A stretch of DNA of 64,000 bases from Porcincola sp. (lineage in GTDB: Bacteria > Bacillota > Clostridia > Lachnospirales > Lachnospiraceae): NCBI GenBank assembly GCA_045118075.1, contig JBGUOI010000202.1:7741-71740 (forward strand), in the 5' to 3' direction. Below the pieces are notes generated by a model. It saw only the letters and a list, made by a program, of their open reading frames with translations, did not search any database and was not told where the DNA came from. A program made the translations under genes and the position numbers. Numbering within the stretch: position 1 is the stretch's first letter; every line of letters starts with the position of its first letter. Shown here piece after piece: positions 56,110-64,000 of this stretch.

Positions 56110-57126
56110 CTACTCGTCTTCGCTGCGCTTGTGGTCAGCCGGGATCATGATCTCGACATCCGTTCCCTGGCCGAGCGTACTGTAGACGTTCACTCCGTAC
56201 TCGTCCCCGAACAGCAGCTGGATACGCCGGTTTATGTTGGGCAGCGCGATTCCCGTCCGGTGTGTGCCTCCCGCCGGCTCGTCCAGATTCCGGTCACGGG
56301 AGTGGATCCGCTCATTAAGTGCTTCCAGTTCATCCTCCGGGATGCCTATGCCGTTGTCCGATATCATCAGGATCAGGTTCTTATCCGTCACCATCACTTC
56401 AATAGTCACCACGCCGCCTTCATCCAGATCCTCCATGCCGTGGAAGATGGCATTCTCCACCACCGGTTGGATGATCAACCGCGGAATCAGGTAGTCGTAG
56501 GCTTCCTCATCCGCCTCATCGACGATGATCTCGAGCGAGAACCGGTTGTTGAACCGGTATTGCTGGATAAGCATGTAATTGCGGATGTTGTCCAGTTCTT
56601 CGCGCAGCGTTACCAGATTTCCCTTGCGGCTGATGCTGTAGCGGAAGAATGCGCCGAGCGCCTCCGTCATGACGGCGATCTGCTCGTTGCCGTCGATCAG
56701 GGCCTGCCCGCGGATGGTCTCGAGCGTGTTGTACAGAAAATGCGGGTTGATCTGGCTCTGCAGCGCGGTCAGCTCGGTCTGTTTATCGAAAATCTCTGCC
56801 GTTGTCTGCCTTGTCAGCTCATCCGCATACAGGCGGACGACCCTCTCGAGAGGCTCCAGATATGGTTCCTCCCTGACGGCTTCCTCGAGTTTCTCTTCGC
56901 TTGGATTCTCATCGATGGCGAGCTGCGACGCGATCTGTTCCATCCGCCTTAAGGGGCGGACTGCAAAAAAATAAGCGGCTGCCAGAAGTACTGCCTCTCC
57001 CAGGGCAAGGATAACAGCCCCGGCTATATGCCGGGGCAGATTCCCGTTTTGCAGCAGGAAAACGCTCAGCAGGCAGACCGCGATCTGCGCGGTGATCAGT
57101 ATTTTCACCCGGTCCGATAATCTCAT
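56110..57126 (-). CDS. YesM/LytS-type sensor histidine kinase lacking an extracytoplasmic domain
   Basis: 338 aa. Two N-terminal TM helices are joined by an 8-residue loop (QNGNLPRH). His_kinase H-box LQSQINPHFLYNTLETI and HATPase N-box IIQPVVENAIFHG. Confidence 0.85.
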   Translation of the reverse strand: MRLSDRVKILITAQIAVCLLSVFLLQNGNLPRHIAGAVILALGEAVLLAAAYFFAVRPLRRMEQIASQLAIDENPSEEKLEEAVREEPYLEPLERVVRLYADELTRQTTAEIFDKQTELTALQSQINPHFLYNTLETIRGQALIDGNEQIAVMTEALGAFFRYSISRKGNLVTLREELDNIRNYMLIQQYRFNNRFSLEIIVDEADEEAYDYLIPRLIIQPVVENAIFHGMEDLDEGGVVTIEVMVTDKNLILMISDNGIGIPEDELEALNERIHSRDRNLDEPAGGTHRTGIALPNINRRIQLLFGDEYGVNVYSTLGQGTDVEIMIPADHKRSEDE

Positions 57127-57142
57127 GACTGGCTCCTTAAGG

Positions 57143-58753
57143 TCACGAATGCATCCTGCGGTACAGCGCGGGTTTAATGCCCACGACCTTTGTAAAAGTC
57201 TGGCTGAAGTACCGGCTGTCCTTGTATCCCACCTGTTCGCCGATGGCCGCCACGGTCTCGTTCGTGCCCCGCAGCAGCTCCTTCGCTTTCTCCATGCGCA
57301 CCCAGATCAGGTACTGGCTGAAGTTCATGTCCGTCTCTTTCTTGAAAAGGACGCTGAAATAGACGGCATTCAGTCCAACGATATCCGCCAGGTCCTCCAG
57401 CACGATCTTTTCGGCATAGTGTTCATCCACAAAAGCTTTGGCCAGTCTCACCGGCCTTGCCGATTCGCTCTCTGCAGCCTCGCGGCTCATCTCCAGGTAA
57501 CGCCTCAGTTCGCCGGTCAGGTATTTTTTCAGCCTGGTCAGTGAATTGCAGTTCCGGCAGTGACGGATGACTTTTTTCCGGTGCCTTCCCAGTTCATCTT
57601 CCTCACCGCCGACACAGTCAAAGAACAGTTCGACGATCTCCGATGCGATCTCATAGATCCCGCCCTGGTCCGCTGTCTCCAGCGAGGCATAGTCGTCAAA
57701 GAGTTTCCCGATCAGGGCATTCATCTGGTCAGCGCTGTAACTTTCAATATAGCCGGTCAGTTCCTCCGCCGCTCCTTTTACCGGGCTCACATAGGGCGTC
57801 AGTTCACCCAGCGAATCCCGGTAGATCAATCGGCCGGTCCCCATCCGGATCCTGTACATCGCTGCCTGGTAAGCCTCGCGGATGGAGAAACGGATCTGGC
57901 CGAATTCCGTCTTTTCCCCGCCGATCCCGATCGTGACTTCATAATCTTCGTACCGCATCAGGTAAGATGTGATCTCGGAGAGGATCGTCCCGATGCATCC
58001 CCGGATCTCCCTGGAGACGGAAGCCTCATAGTTGAACAGGCAGTAGATGTTCAGCCATTCCTTCTCACAGCAAAGCACTTCCTCCGCGAAATTGCCCAGG
58101 CTCTGTTCGACGATCGCGGATATCTTCTCGACGATCGCCAGCTCCCTCCGGCGGCTCGAATTTTCGGGGTCAGAGCAGTCGAGCTTGATGTCGATACCCC
58201 TGAAGCATCCGCCTGTCAGTTCCACCGGAGCGTCATCGGCCGCGATGGCCGCGTCCGGATCGTCTCCTTCCTGTTCGATAATGTTCAAAAGAAAATCCCG
58301 CTTGATCAGCTTCCGGCCCTGGTCCGCCACCTGGCGCATCTTCTGACGCTCAAGCCGGTCAAGTTCTCCCTTTTTCAGCGTCCCGACAACTTTATGCAGC
58401 GTCTCGTTGAGTTCTTCCTCATTGATGGGCTTGAGCAGATAGCCCTCCACCTCATACTGAAGGGCGCGGTGCGCATACTCGAATTCCTTGTAGCCGCTGA
58501 GCACGATAAAGCGGATGTCCGGAAAGAGCTTCCTGGACATCTCGATCAGGTCCAGCCCGCTGATCTTGGGCATGCGTATATCCGTGATCACAATATCGGG
58601 CTTATCCGTGCAGATCGTGTCATAGGCGATCTGTCCGTTGAGGGCAACCCCCTGGCATTCGAGTCCGAGCTCGTCCCAGTGGATCAGTTTCCTGATCAGC
58701 TCGCCTATTCTCGCCTCATCTTCCACGATCAGCAGTCGATGCTTTTTTTCCAT
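57143..58753 (-). CDS. YesN-type response regulator (REC plus AraC-type HTH)
   Basis: 536 aa. REC domain LLIVEDE...PDIVITDIRMPKISGLDLI. C-terminal HTH regions VLEDLADIVGLNAVYFSVLFKK and AIGEQVGYKDSRYFSQTFTKVVG. Confidence 0.9.
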   Translation of the reverse strand: MEKKHRLLIVEDEARIGELIRKLIHWDELGLECQGVALNGQIAYDTICTDKPDIVITDIRMPKISGLDLIEMSRKLFPDIRFIVLSGYKEFEYAHRALQYEVEGYLLKPINEEELNETLHKVVGTLKKGELDRLERQKMRQVADQGRKLIKRDFLLNIIEQEGDDPDAAIAADDAPVELTGGCFRGIDIKLDCSDPENSSRRRELAIVEKISAIVEQSLGNFAEEVLCCEKEWLNIYCLFNYEASVSREIRGCIGTILSEITSYLMRYEDYEVTIGIGGEKTEFGQIRFSIREAYQAAMYRIRMGTGRLIYRDSLGELTPYVSPVKGAAEELTGYIESYSADQMNALIGKLFDDYASLETADQGGIYEIASEIVELFFDCVGGEEDELGRHRKKVIRHCRNCNSLTRLKKYLTGELRRYLEMSREAAESESARPVRLAKAFVDEHYAEKIVLEDLADIVGLNAVYFSVLFKKETDMNFSQYLIWVRMEKAKELLRGTNETVAAIGEQVGYKDSRYFSQTFTKVVGIKPALYRRMHS

Positions 58754-58759
58754 TTAAGT

Positions 58760-60109
58760 TTACTCCTGTTGAACATCGTCCACTTTCATATTCTTAAGTT
58801 CCGACGCCGCCATGGGCACCGTCAGCGCGAATGCGCACACATCCGCCGCGGCCTGCGTGATCTCGACTCCGAAAAGCCCGAACAGCCTCGGCAGTATCAA
58901 AATCAGCGGAATAAAGAAGATTCCGTTCCTGGCCGCCGAAGTAATGCTCGCTTTCACCCCTTTGCCGATGGACTGCAGCATCATGTTGGAGGGAACCGTA
59001 GTCCCCATCAGCGGCAGCGCCGCCGCCTGCCAGCGAAGTGCCGTCGTTCCCACCGCAATGACGTCCGGATCTTTCCTGAAAAGCCCGATCAGCTGCGGCG
59101 CAAAAACCATGCACAGCGCACATACCGCGGTCAGTACAATGGTCCCGTACTTCACGCAGAAGAAATACCCTTCTCTCACCCGCCTTTTCAGGCCGGCGCC
59201 GTAATTGTACGAGCACATGGGCTGATACCCCTGCCCGAACCCGATCAGGGCGGAAACGGTCATCATCAGGATGCGCGTCACGATGGACATGCCCGCGATC
59301 GCCGCATCGCCTCCCAGGCTTCCCGCCGCCGTATTGAGCAGCAGGGTCGCGACCGCCGCCATCCCCTGTCGGAACAGCGAAGGCGCGCCGCCGTTTAAGA
59401 TTCCCAGAAGGTATGTCCGGTTAAACCGCACGTTCTTTATATTCAGACGGATATTCTCGCCTCTGGAGCTGCCGATTAGCAGCACGATAAAGCTGGTGAT
59501 CTGCCCCATGACAGTGGCGACCGCCGCGCCGGCCACGCCCATGTGAAGCCCCAGAATCAGCAGCGGGTCGAGGAAAAGGTTCATGACCGCCCCGCACATC
59601 AGGCCGACCATCGCGTAGATGGCGCTGCCCTGGAAACGCAGCTGGTTGTTCACTACAAACTGGCCGCACATGAACGGAGCTCCAACCAGGATGATCCGCA
59701 TGTAAGTCATCGTGTCCTCAAGCGTGGTCGGTGTTGCTCCCACCCACAGCGCGATCCGCCTCAGGTTAAGGATGCCTCCGACCGTCAGGCAAAGCCCGAT
59801 CAGCAGCGCGACCGCAAATCCCGTGGAGGCCATCTCATTCGCTTCCTTCTCCTTCCCCGCGCCGAGCGCCCTGGAAAGAAAGTTTCCCGAACCGTGGCCG
59901 CAGAAGAACCCGAAAGCCTGGATGATCGCCATCACCGAAAACACCAGGCCTACCGCCGCGGTCGCCTGGGTCGAGATGCGTCCGACAAAAAAAGTGTCCG
60001 CCGTATTGTAGATACCGGTCACGAGCATGCTGATGATCGTCGGGATCGCCAGATGAATGATCAGCTCCGGAACCGGAGTCTGCGTCATGAGTTCATGTCT
60101 GTTTTTCAT
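58760..60109 (-). CDS. MATE family efflux transporter
   Basis: Start trimmed to ATG 60109 (MKNRHELMTQTPVPELIIHLAIPTIISMLVTGIYNTADTFFVG). Twelve-TM MatE-type sequence. Confidence 0.85.
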   Translation of the reverse strand: MKNRHELMTQTPVPELIIHLAIPTIISMLVTGIYNTADTFFVGRISTQATAAVGLVFSVMAIIQAFGFFCGHGSGNFLSRALGAGKEKEANEMASTGFAVALLIGLCLTVGGILNLRRIALWVGATPTTLEDTMTYMRIILVGAPFMCGQFVVNNQLRFQGSAIYAMVGLMCGAVMNLFLDPLLILGLHMGVAGAAVATVMGQITSFIVLLIGSSRGENIRLNIKNVRFNRTYLLGILNGGAPSLFRQGMAAVATLLLNTAAGSLGGDAAIAGMSIVTRILMMTVSALIGFGQGYQPMCSYNYGAGLKRRVREGYFFCVKYGTIVLTAVCALCMVFAPQLIGLFRKDPDVIAVGTTALRWQAAALPLMGTTVPSNMMLQSIGKGVKASITSAARNGIFFIPLILILPRLFGLFGVEITQAAADVCAFALTVPMAASELKNMKVDDVQQE

Positions 60110-60358
60110 AATGCTCCCACAATCCTTTATTCTACAAAGTATTGTAGCATATCCGGGAGGGAAATGCACCGGCCGGCGGTTTCCCACTTTTGCCTTTTCA
60201 TGCGTACCTAGGACCAGAACAAACTTGCTTTCCCTACGCCCGTTTCCCGTTTTCGTCCCCGCAGGCGGGCGTAGAGATAAGATGAAAAGGGACGATCCTA
60301 TGTCATTCTATGATGACCGGACCGTCCGAAGTCATGTGCAGCTTGAAAAACATAAATG

Positions 60359-60434
60359 ACAAATACAAAAGGATCTTAAGCCTATGCCGCAGCGTTTTCA
60401 AAAGCGGCAAATAGCTTAAGATCCTTGTATTTGT
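60359..60434. terminator. 76-nt hairpin downstream of the S41-like gene, possible terminator
   Basis: The arms are ACAAATACAAAAGGATCTTAAGC (60359-60381) and GCTTAAGATCCTTGTATTTGT (60414-60434), with an inner GCCGC/GCGGC pair. T-rich tracts follow on both strands but are not immediately adjacent. Confidence 0.35.
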
Positions 60435-60482
60435 TTTATGTGTTTATGTCAAAATGACTCTAACGGCCGTCCCCTCTCATCT

Positions 60483-62266
60483 TCAGGCCGCGTTCTCCAT
60501 CTCCTCTTCTCCCGCAAACCAGCTGTTCATCATTTCATCGAGAGCGGCCTCATCGAAGTAGGCTGAGAAGGAAGGAAGATCCGCATCCATGCCGGCCAGG
60601 TTTGAAAGCAGATTTCCGATCGAGTTTTCCTTCGGCTCGATCGGCATATCGACGGCGCAGCCGCCTTCTACATCAACTCCCTGTGAATCGATCAGCTGCC
60701 ATTGAGCGGAGGACATCACATAGGATAATCCGAGCGCGTCGCTTCCCATCTGGATGCAGCATGAACCGCCGGTGGTCGGCTCACCGATGACTGCTGCGCC
60801 GCCTTCCCGGGCGACGATCGGGAACAGGTTGCCGCAGGAGAAAGCATGACGCGTCGTCAGGATACCGTAATTGAAATCATAACGGGCTTCTTTGTCCTTT
60901 TCGTCAAATACGCCGTTGAAATCCGAATCCGTCTCAAAAATGACCGTCATCTTCTGTCCCGTCACTTTGTTGATACCGTACAGCCGGTCCTGGCCGGTGG
61001 TCAGGGCGAGTATCGCCATCAGCACGTCGGAACTTCCGCCGGCGTTGCAGCTTAAGTCGAAGATCACATTTTTGATCCTGGGGTTTTCCGAAGCCTTTTT
61101 TAATCCGGCAGCCACAATGCCCACGCAGTCCGAAGGCAGGTCGCCTCCGTTCTCATAGTACTGCTTCCAGGCTTCTTCATCCGGCATAAATCCATCCAGT
61201 CGGATGATTGCCGTGCTGCCGCTTTCAATGTAATCTTTGCTTCCCCATTTCAGCGTACGCTGTATTTTAATACCCTCGTACAGCGTCATCTTTAAATCGA
61301 CATTGCTTTCAAGCAGGCTGCTTGTATATGCCGGTGTCAGTTCGCCGATCAATGCTGTCCCCTCACCGAGTGCAGCCGGATAGGACGCCATCGTTCCGGC
61401 ACTGGTAAATACGGTATGACCGTCGCCCAGGTAGACCATGAACAATCTCATCATAGCCTTTAAGTAATCCGCCAGTCTCGGGGACAGCAGTCCTTCTTTG
61501 ATGGCTTCTCCTTCTGTTCCAAGACCGGTGATCGCCGCATCAAGGCCCTTTTCAAGCAGGGCTTCATCCAGTTTAGCCACGCCTGGATGCCCGAAGAAAT
61601 GATCAAAATTGAAGCAGAGCCCGCCATAGCTGTATCGGATGACGTCTTCCGGTCTGTCTCCTCCGGTCAGGAGGTTCTGAAACAGTTCCGACATGTAAAA
61701 GCCTTCTATAGGTGCCATCTGAAGGTCTACCCTCTGTGAATAAAGGTTTTCGCCGTTATAGACCATATAGGCGGTCGAAATATCTGTCATCATATTTGAC
61801 ATGATAAAAACCGGCAGGTAGATGTCCTCCGAATCCGCATAGACTTTGATGCCGCATCCCCTTCGATGGGTGTCTGCGGATAAGCAAAAGCGATCCAGTC
61901 CGGCACCGTGATCACGCCCGATTCGGGATCGCAAAGAAGCTGAGCGCCGACTTCATTTTCAAGCGCGAAGGTTCCGTCTTCATTTTCATGAAGAGTCAGT
62001 GTCTGATTCTTCATGAACCGGCAGTATTCCTTCATCCCGATATACGGGACATTCGGCGCTTCCTCATAGAAGCGCAGCGCAAGCTCACCGGCCTTTTCTC
62101 CTTCTGAAAAGACGGTTGTCATCTTTTCCGTACAGCCGGTCTGCGCAGATTCGATCTGCGTTTCCGCAGCACCGGTTTCTGTTTCTGTTACCGTCTCCGC
62201 TGCTGCAGGCACGGCAAGCATGCAAACAACGGCTGCTGCGGCTGTCAGTTTCTTTAAGTTCATCAT
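60483..62266 (-). pseudogene. S41-like (C-terminal processing type) peptidase with signal peptide, split by a frameshift
   Basis: ORFs 61790-62299 (signal peptide MMNLKKLTAAAAVVCMLAVPAAA) and 60483-61934 (VIFDLSCNAGGSSDVLMAIL, VIGEPTTGGS) overlap in different frames. They join if one base is added to the C4 run at 61858-61861. Confidence 0.55.
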
Positions 62267-62310
62267 AAATGTGTCTCTTTCTCCTTTAATAATCAGCAAC
62301 GGAGTCTGTC

Positions 62311-63165
62311 TTACGGTTCCACAAAAACTTCCAGTCCCAGCAGGCCCGGCCCGGTATTATTGGCCAGCGTCGCCGTGATCTGTTTGGTAAAGAGCACCTG
62401 TGCATTCGGCAGTTTTTCTTTCACCAGTGCTTCCAGCTTCAGCGCTTCCTCATGTGCGGCTCCTTCTCCGACTATGATCCAGCACTTCTTATTTCCGGCC
62501 ACATTCAGCGCTTCTTCGATCAGACGGCTTTTGCCGTTTCGGCTGCCGCGGATCTTGGCCACGGTGTAGTAAATGCCCTCCGGATTGCACGAAATGATCG
62601 GCTTGATGTGCAGCATTTCTCCGACGAACGATGCTACCAGGCCGATCCGGCCGCCGTGACGCAGATATTTGAGCGTGTCCATGTAAAAGAAGATGCGTGA
62701 ATCCTGGTTCTTCTTTTCAAGGCCTTCGACCAGCTGTTCATATGTCCAGCCTTCCGCACGCTTTCTTGCTGCCCACAGCGCGAAGATCCCGCTTCCGAAC
62801 GAAATGTTCCTGGTGTTATATACATACACGTTCAAATCCTCAAAATCCTTCGCTGCCATGGCAATCGTATTGCCTGTACTGCTCAGATGCGAGGAGATCG
62901 CGATCGCGATCACATTTTCATATCCCTTATCCTTCAGCGACTGAAGCAAGTCATGAACCTCACCCAGTGAGGGCGTCGAAGTAGATGGAATCTCTCCCGG
63001 AAAGCGGTTGTAGATCATCATCGGATCGATATCGATCCCGTCATAATAATCATTCTCCGGATAGATCACATGCAGCGGAAGAAACTCAATGCCTTCCTTC
63101 TCGCACAGTTCGAACGGCAGGTCTCCGCCGGAATCCATAACGATTGCAGTCTTGTATTTATTCAT
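62311..63165 (-). CDS. DegV family fatty-acid-binding protein
   Basis: Start trimmed to ATG 63165 (MNKYKTAIVMDSGGDLPFELCEKEGIEFLPLHVIY). Typical DegV N-terminus and length (~284 aa). Confidence 0.85.
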   Translation of the reverse strand: MNKYKTAIVMDSGGDLPFELCEKEGIEFLPLHVIYPENDYYDGIDIDPMMIYNRFPGEIPSTSTPSLGEVHDLLQSLKDKGYENVIAIAISSHLSSTGNTIAMAAKDFEDLNVYVYNTRNISFGSGIFALWAARKRAEGWTYEQLVEGLEKKNQDSRIFFYMDTLKYLRHGGRIGLVASFVGEMLHIKPIISCNPEGIYYTVAKIRGSRNGKSRLIEEALNVAGNKKCWIIVGEGAAHEEALKLEALVKEKLPNAQVLFTKQITATLANNTGPGLLGLEVFVEP

Positions 63166-63255
63166 GATCATCACTCCTGCAGTTTGAAACACGACTTCAC
63201 GTCGTTTATTATACCACATGCTTATATTGAATGGTATATTTTCGCCGTTTAAGAA

Positions 63256-63289
63256 GGGCTGCCGCAGTGAACGTACACTGCGGCAGCCC
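63256..63289 (-). terminator. strong hairpin between the carrier-protein gene and degV
   Basis: A perfect 14-bp stem, GGGCTGCCGCAGTG (63256-63269) with CACTGCGGCAGCCC (63276-63289). The T-tract is weak on the minus strand (TTCTTA) and stronger on the plus strand. Confidence 0.45.
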
Positions 63290-63314
63290 CTTGTCAGCGG
63301 TTTTTTTCTGTTTC

Positions 63315-63539
63315 TCAGCCTTTGAGTCTCTGGATCATGTTCCACATCCGCTGCGCGGAGTTGAAGTTATCGGGAATGATCTCCGCGGGGGAGAGGGTGA
63401 TCCCGAACTCATCGCTGATCTCGGCGATGATGGAGATGATCTCGAAGGAGGACAGCAGTTTGTCGTCCACGAGTGCTTCCTCGTTTTCGAAGTCGACATC
63501 GGGGCAGATCTCTTCCAGAATGTTCATCAGTTCTTCCAT
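63315..63539 (-). CDS. DltC-type (D-alanyl) carrier protein
   Basis: 74 aa. DDKLLSSFEIISIIAEISDEFGITLSPAEIIPDNFNSAQRMWNMI parallels the DltC LLDSFGTVELLLAIE...W pattern, including the phosphopantetheine serine. Confidence 0.75.
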   Translation of the reverse strand: MEELMNILEEICPDVDFENEEALVDDKLLSSFEIISIIAEISDEFGITLSPAEIIPDNFNSAQRMWNMIQRLKG

Positions 63540-63540
63540 C

Positions 63541-64000
63541 TTATAACGTCTCCTTTAATTTTTTGCGGTCGATCTTGCCGTTCTTGGTGATAGGCAGTTC
63601 CTCCAGGTTCACAAAGCGGTTCGGGACCATAAAGTCCGGAATGATCTTCTTCAGTTCCGACGCGATCGTCTTTTTGTCACCTTCTCCCTGGTAGAAGCAG
63701 ACGATCTTGTTTTTCCTGTCGTCAAACAGGACGCAGCTTCTTCTGACGGCATCCACCTTTTCAAGCGCGGATTCGATCTCGCCAAGCTCGATGCGGTGTC
63801 CCATGTGCTTGATCTGGAAATCCTTGCGGGAGGTAAAGCACATCTCGCCCCTCTCGTTGAAGTAACCCAGGTCGCCGGTCCGGTAGATCAGCTCCAGATA
63901 CGCATCGTTTAAGGGGTTCTGGACAAAGGCTTTGTCGGTCTGCTCCTTATTCCGGTAATATCCAAGGGCCAGCGCCGTCCCGCTTACGCAGATCTCTCCC
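63541..64000 (-). CDS. DltA-like adenylation enzyme (AMP-binding family), C-terminal ~150 codons; start lies beyond the right edge
   Basis: The frame is open to position 64000. It reads ...GEICVSGTALALGYYRNKEQTDKAFVQNPL...YRTGDLGYFNERGEMCFTSRKDFQIKHMGHRIELGEIE...ELPITKNGKIDRKKL, which covers the adenylation core motifs A5 to A10. Confidence 0.8.
   Translation of the reverse strand, partial: GEICVSGTALALGYYRNKEQTDKAFVQNPLNDAYLELIYRTGDLGYFNERGEMCFTSRKDFQIKHMGHRIELGEIESALEKVDAVRRSCVLFDDRKNKIVCFYQGEGDKKTIASELKKIIPDFMVPNRFVNLEELPITKNGKIDRKKLKETL

Noticed and set aside
1-64000. Mobile element, prophage, or recognisable defence system (restriction-modification, CRISPR-Cas, retron, toxin-antitoxin, abortive infection).
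   Set aside because: I found no integrase, transposase, reverse transcriptase, nuclease/helicase/methylase signatures, phage structural genes or flanking direct repeats in any frame. The accessory character of the window comes from the glycan locus and the catabolic operons instead.

Overview
This 64-kb window looks like a tightly packed chromosomal segment from a moderately high-GC Gram-positive anaerobe. A Clostridia-like origin is my inference from protein families, RBS style and codon usage. No database search was possible, and all calls come from reading the six-frame translations and the DNA. All confident genes but one (an AraC regulator) are on the minus strand.

Positions 1-32554 hold a Wzy-dependent exopolysaccharide/capsule locus of at least 32.5 kb, which runs off the left edge. 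It encodes:
- a Wzx fragment, two pyruvyl transferases, a GT2, Wzy, a GT4 and another GT-B-like glycosyltransferase;
- an ACP / KAS III / SDR / KAS III cassette;
- a phosphoglycosyl transferase fused to a PLP-fold domain;
- a DegT aminotransferase, a CapD/PglF-like dehydratase, an LCP ligase, a fused Wzz/BY-kinase and a peptidoglycan-binding lipoprotein.

The most unusual feature of the locus is three paralogous secreted proteins (1966, 2098 and 244 aa). They are made almost entirely of a 32-33-residue YD-like repeat.

The rest of the window is mostly catabolic and transport genes:
- an AraC-controlled GH3 plus sugar ABC locus (32987-39706);
- a TctABC tripartite transporter operon with a 2-hydroxyacid dehydrogenase, a TIM-barrel isomerase and an FG-GAP-like protein (39885-46053);
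- a 775-bp non-coding gap full of long imperfect palindromes (46054-46828);
- a GntR / RpiB / Gfo-Idh-MocA / fused DhaKL / RbsCAB-like operon (46829-54532);
- a YesM/YesN-type two-component system co-encoded with a catalytically degenerate double ABC ATPase (54661-58753);
- a MATE exporter, a frameshifted S41-like peptidase, DegV, and a DltC-like carrier next to the 3' end of a DltA-like adenylase that runs off the right edge.

I recognised no rRNA, tRNA, CRISPR array, transposase, integrase or phage genes.
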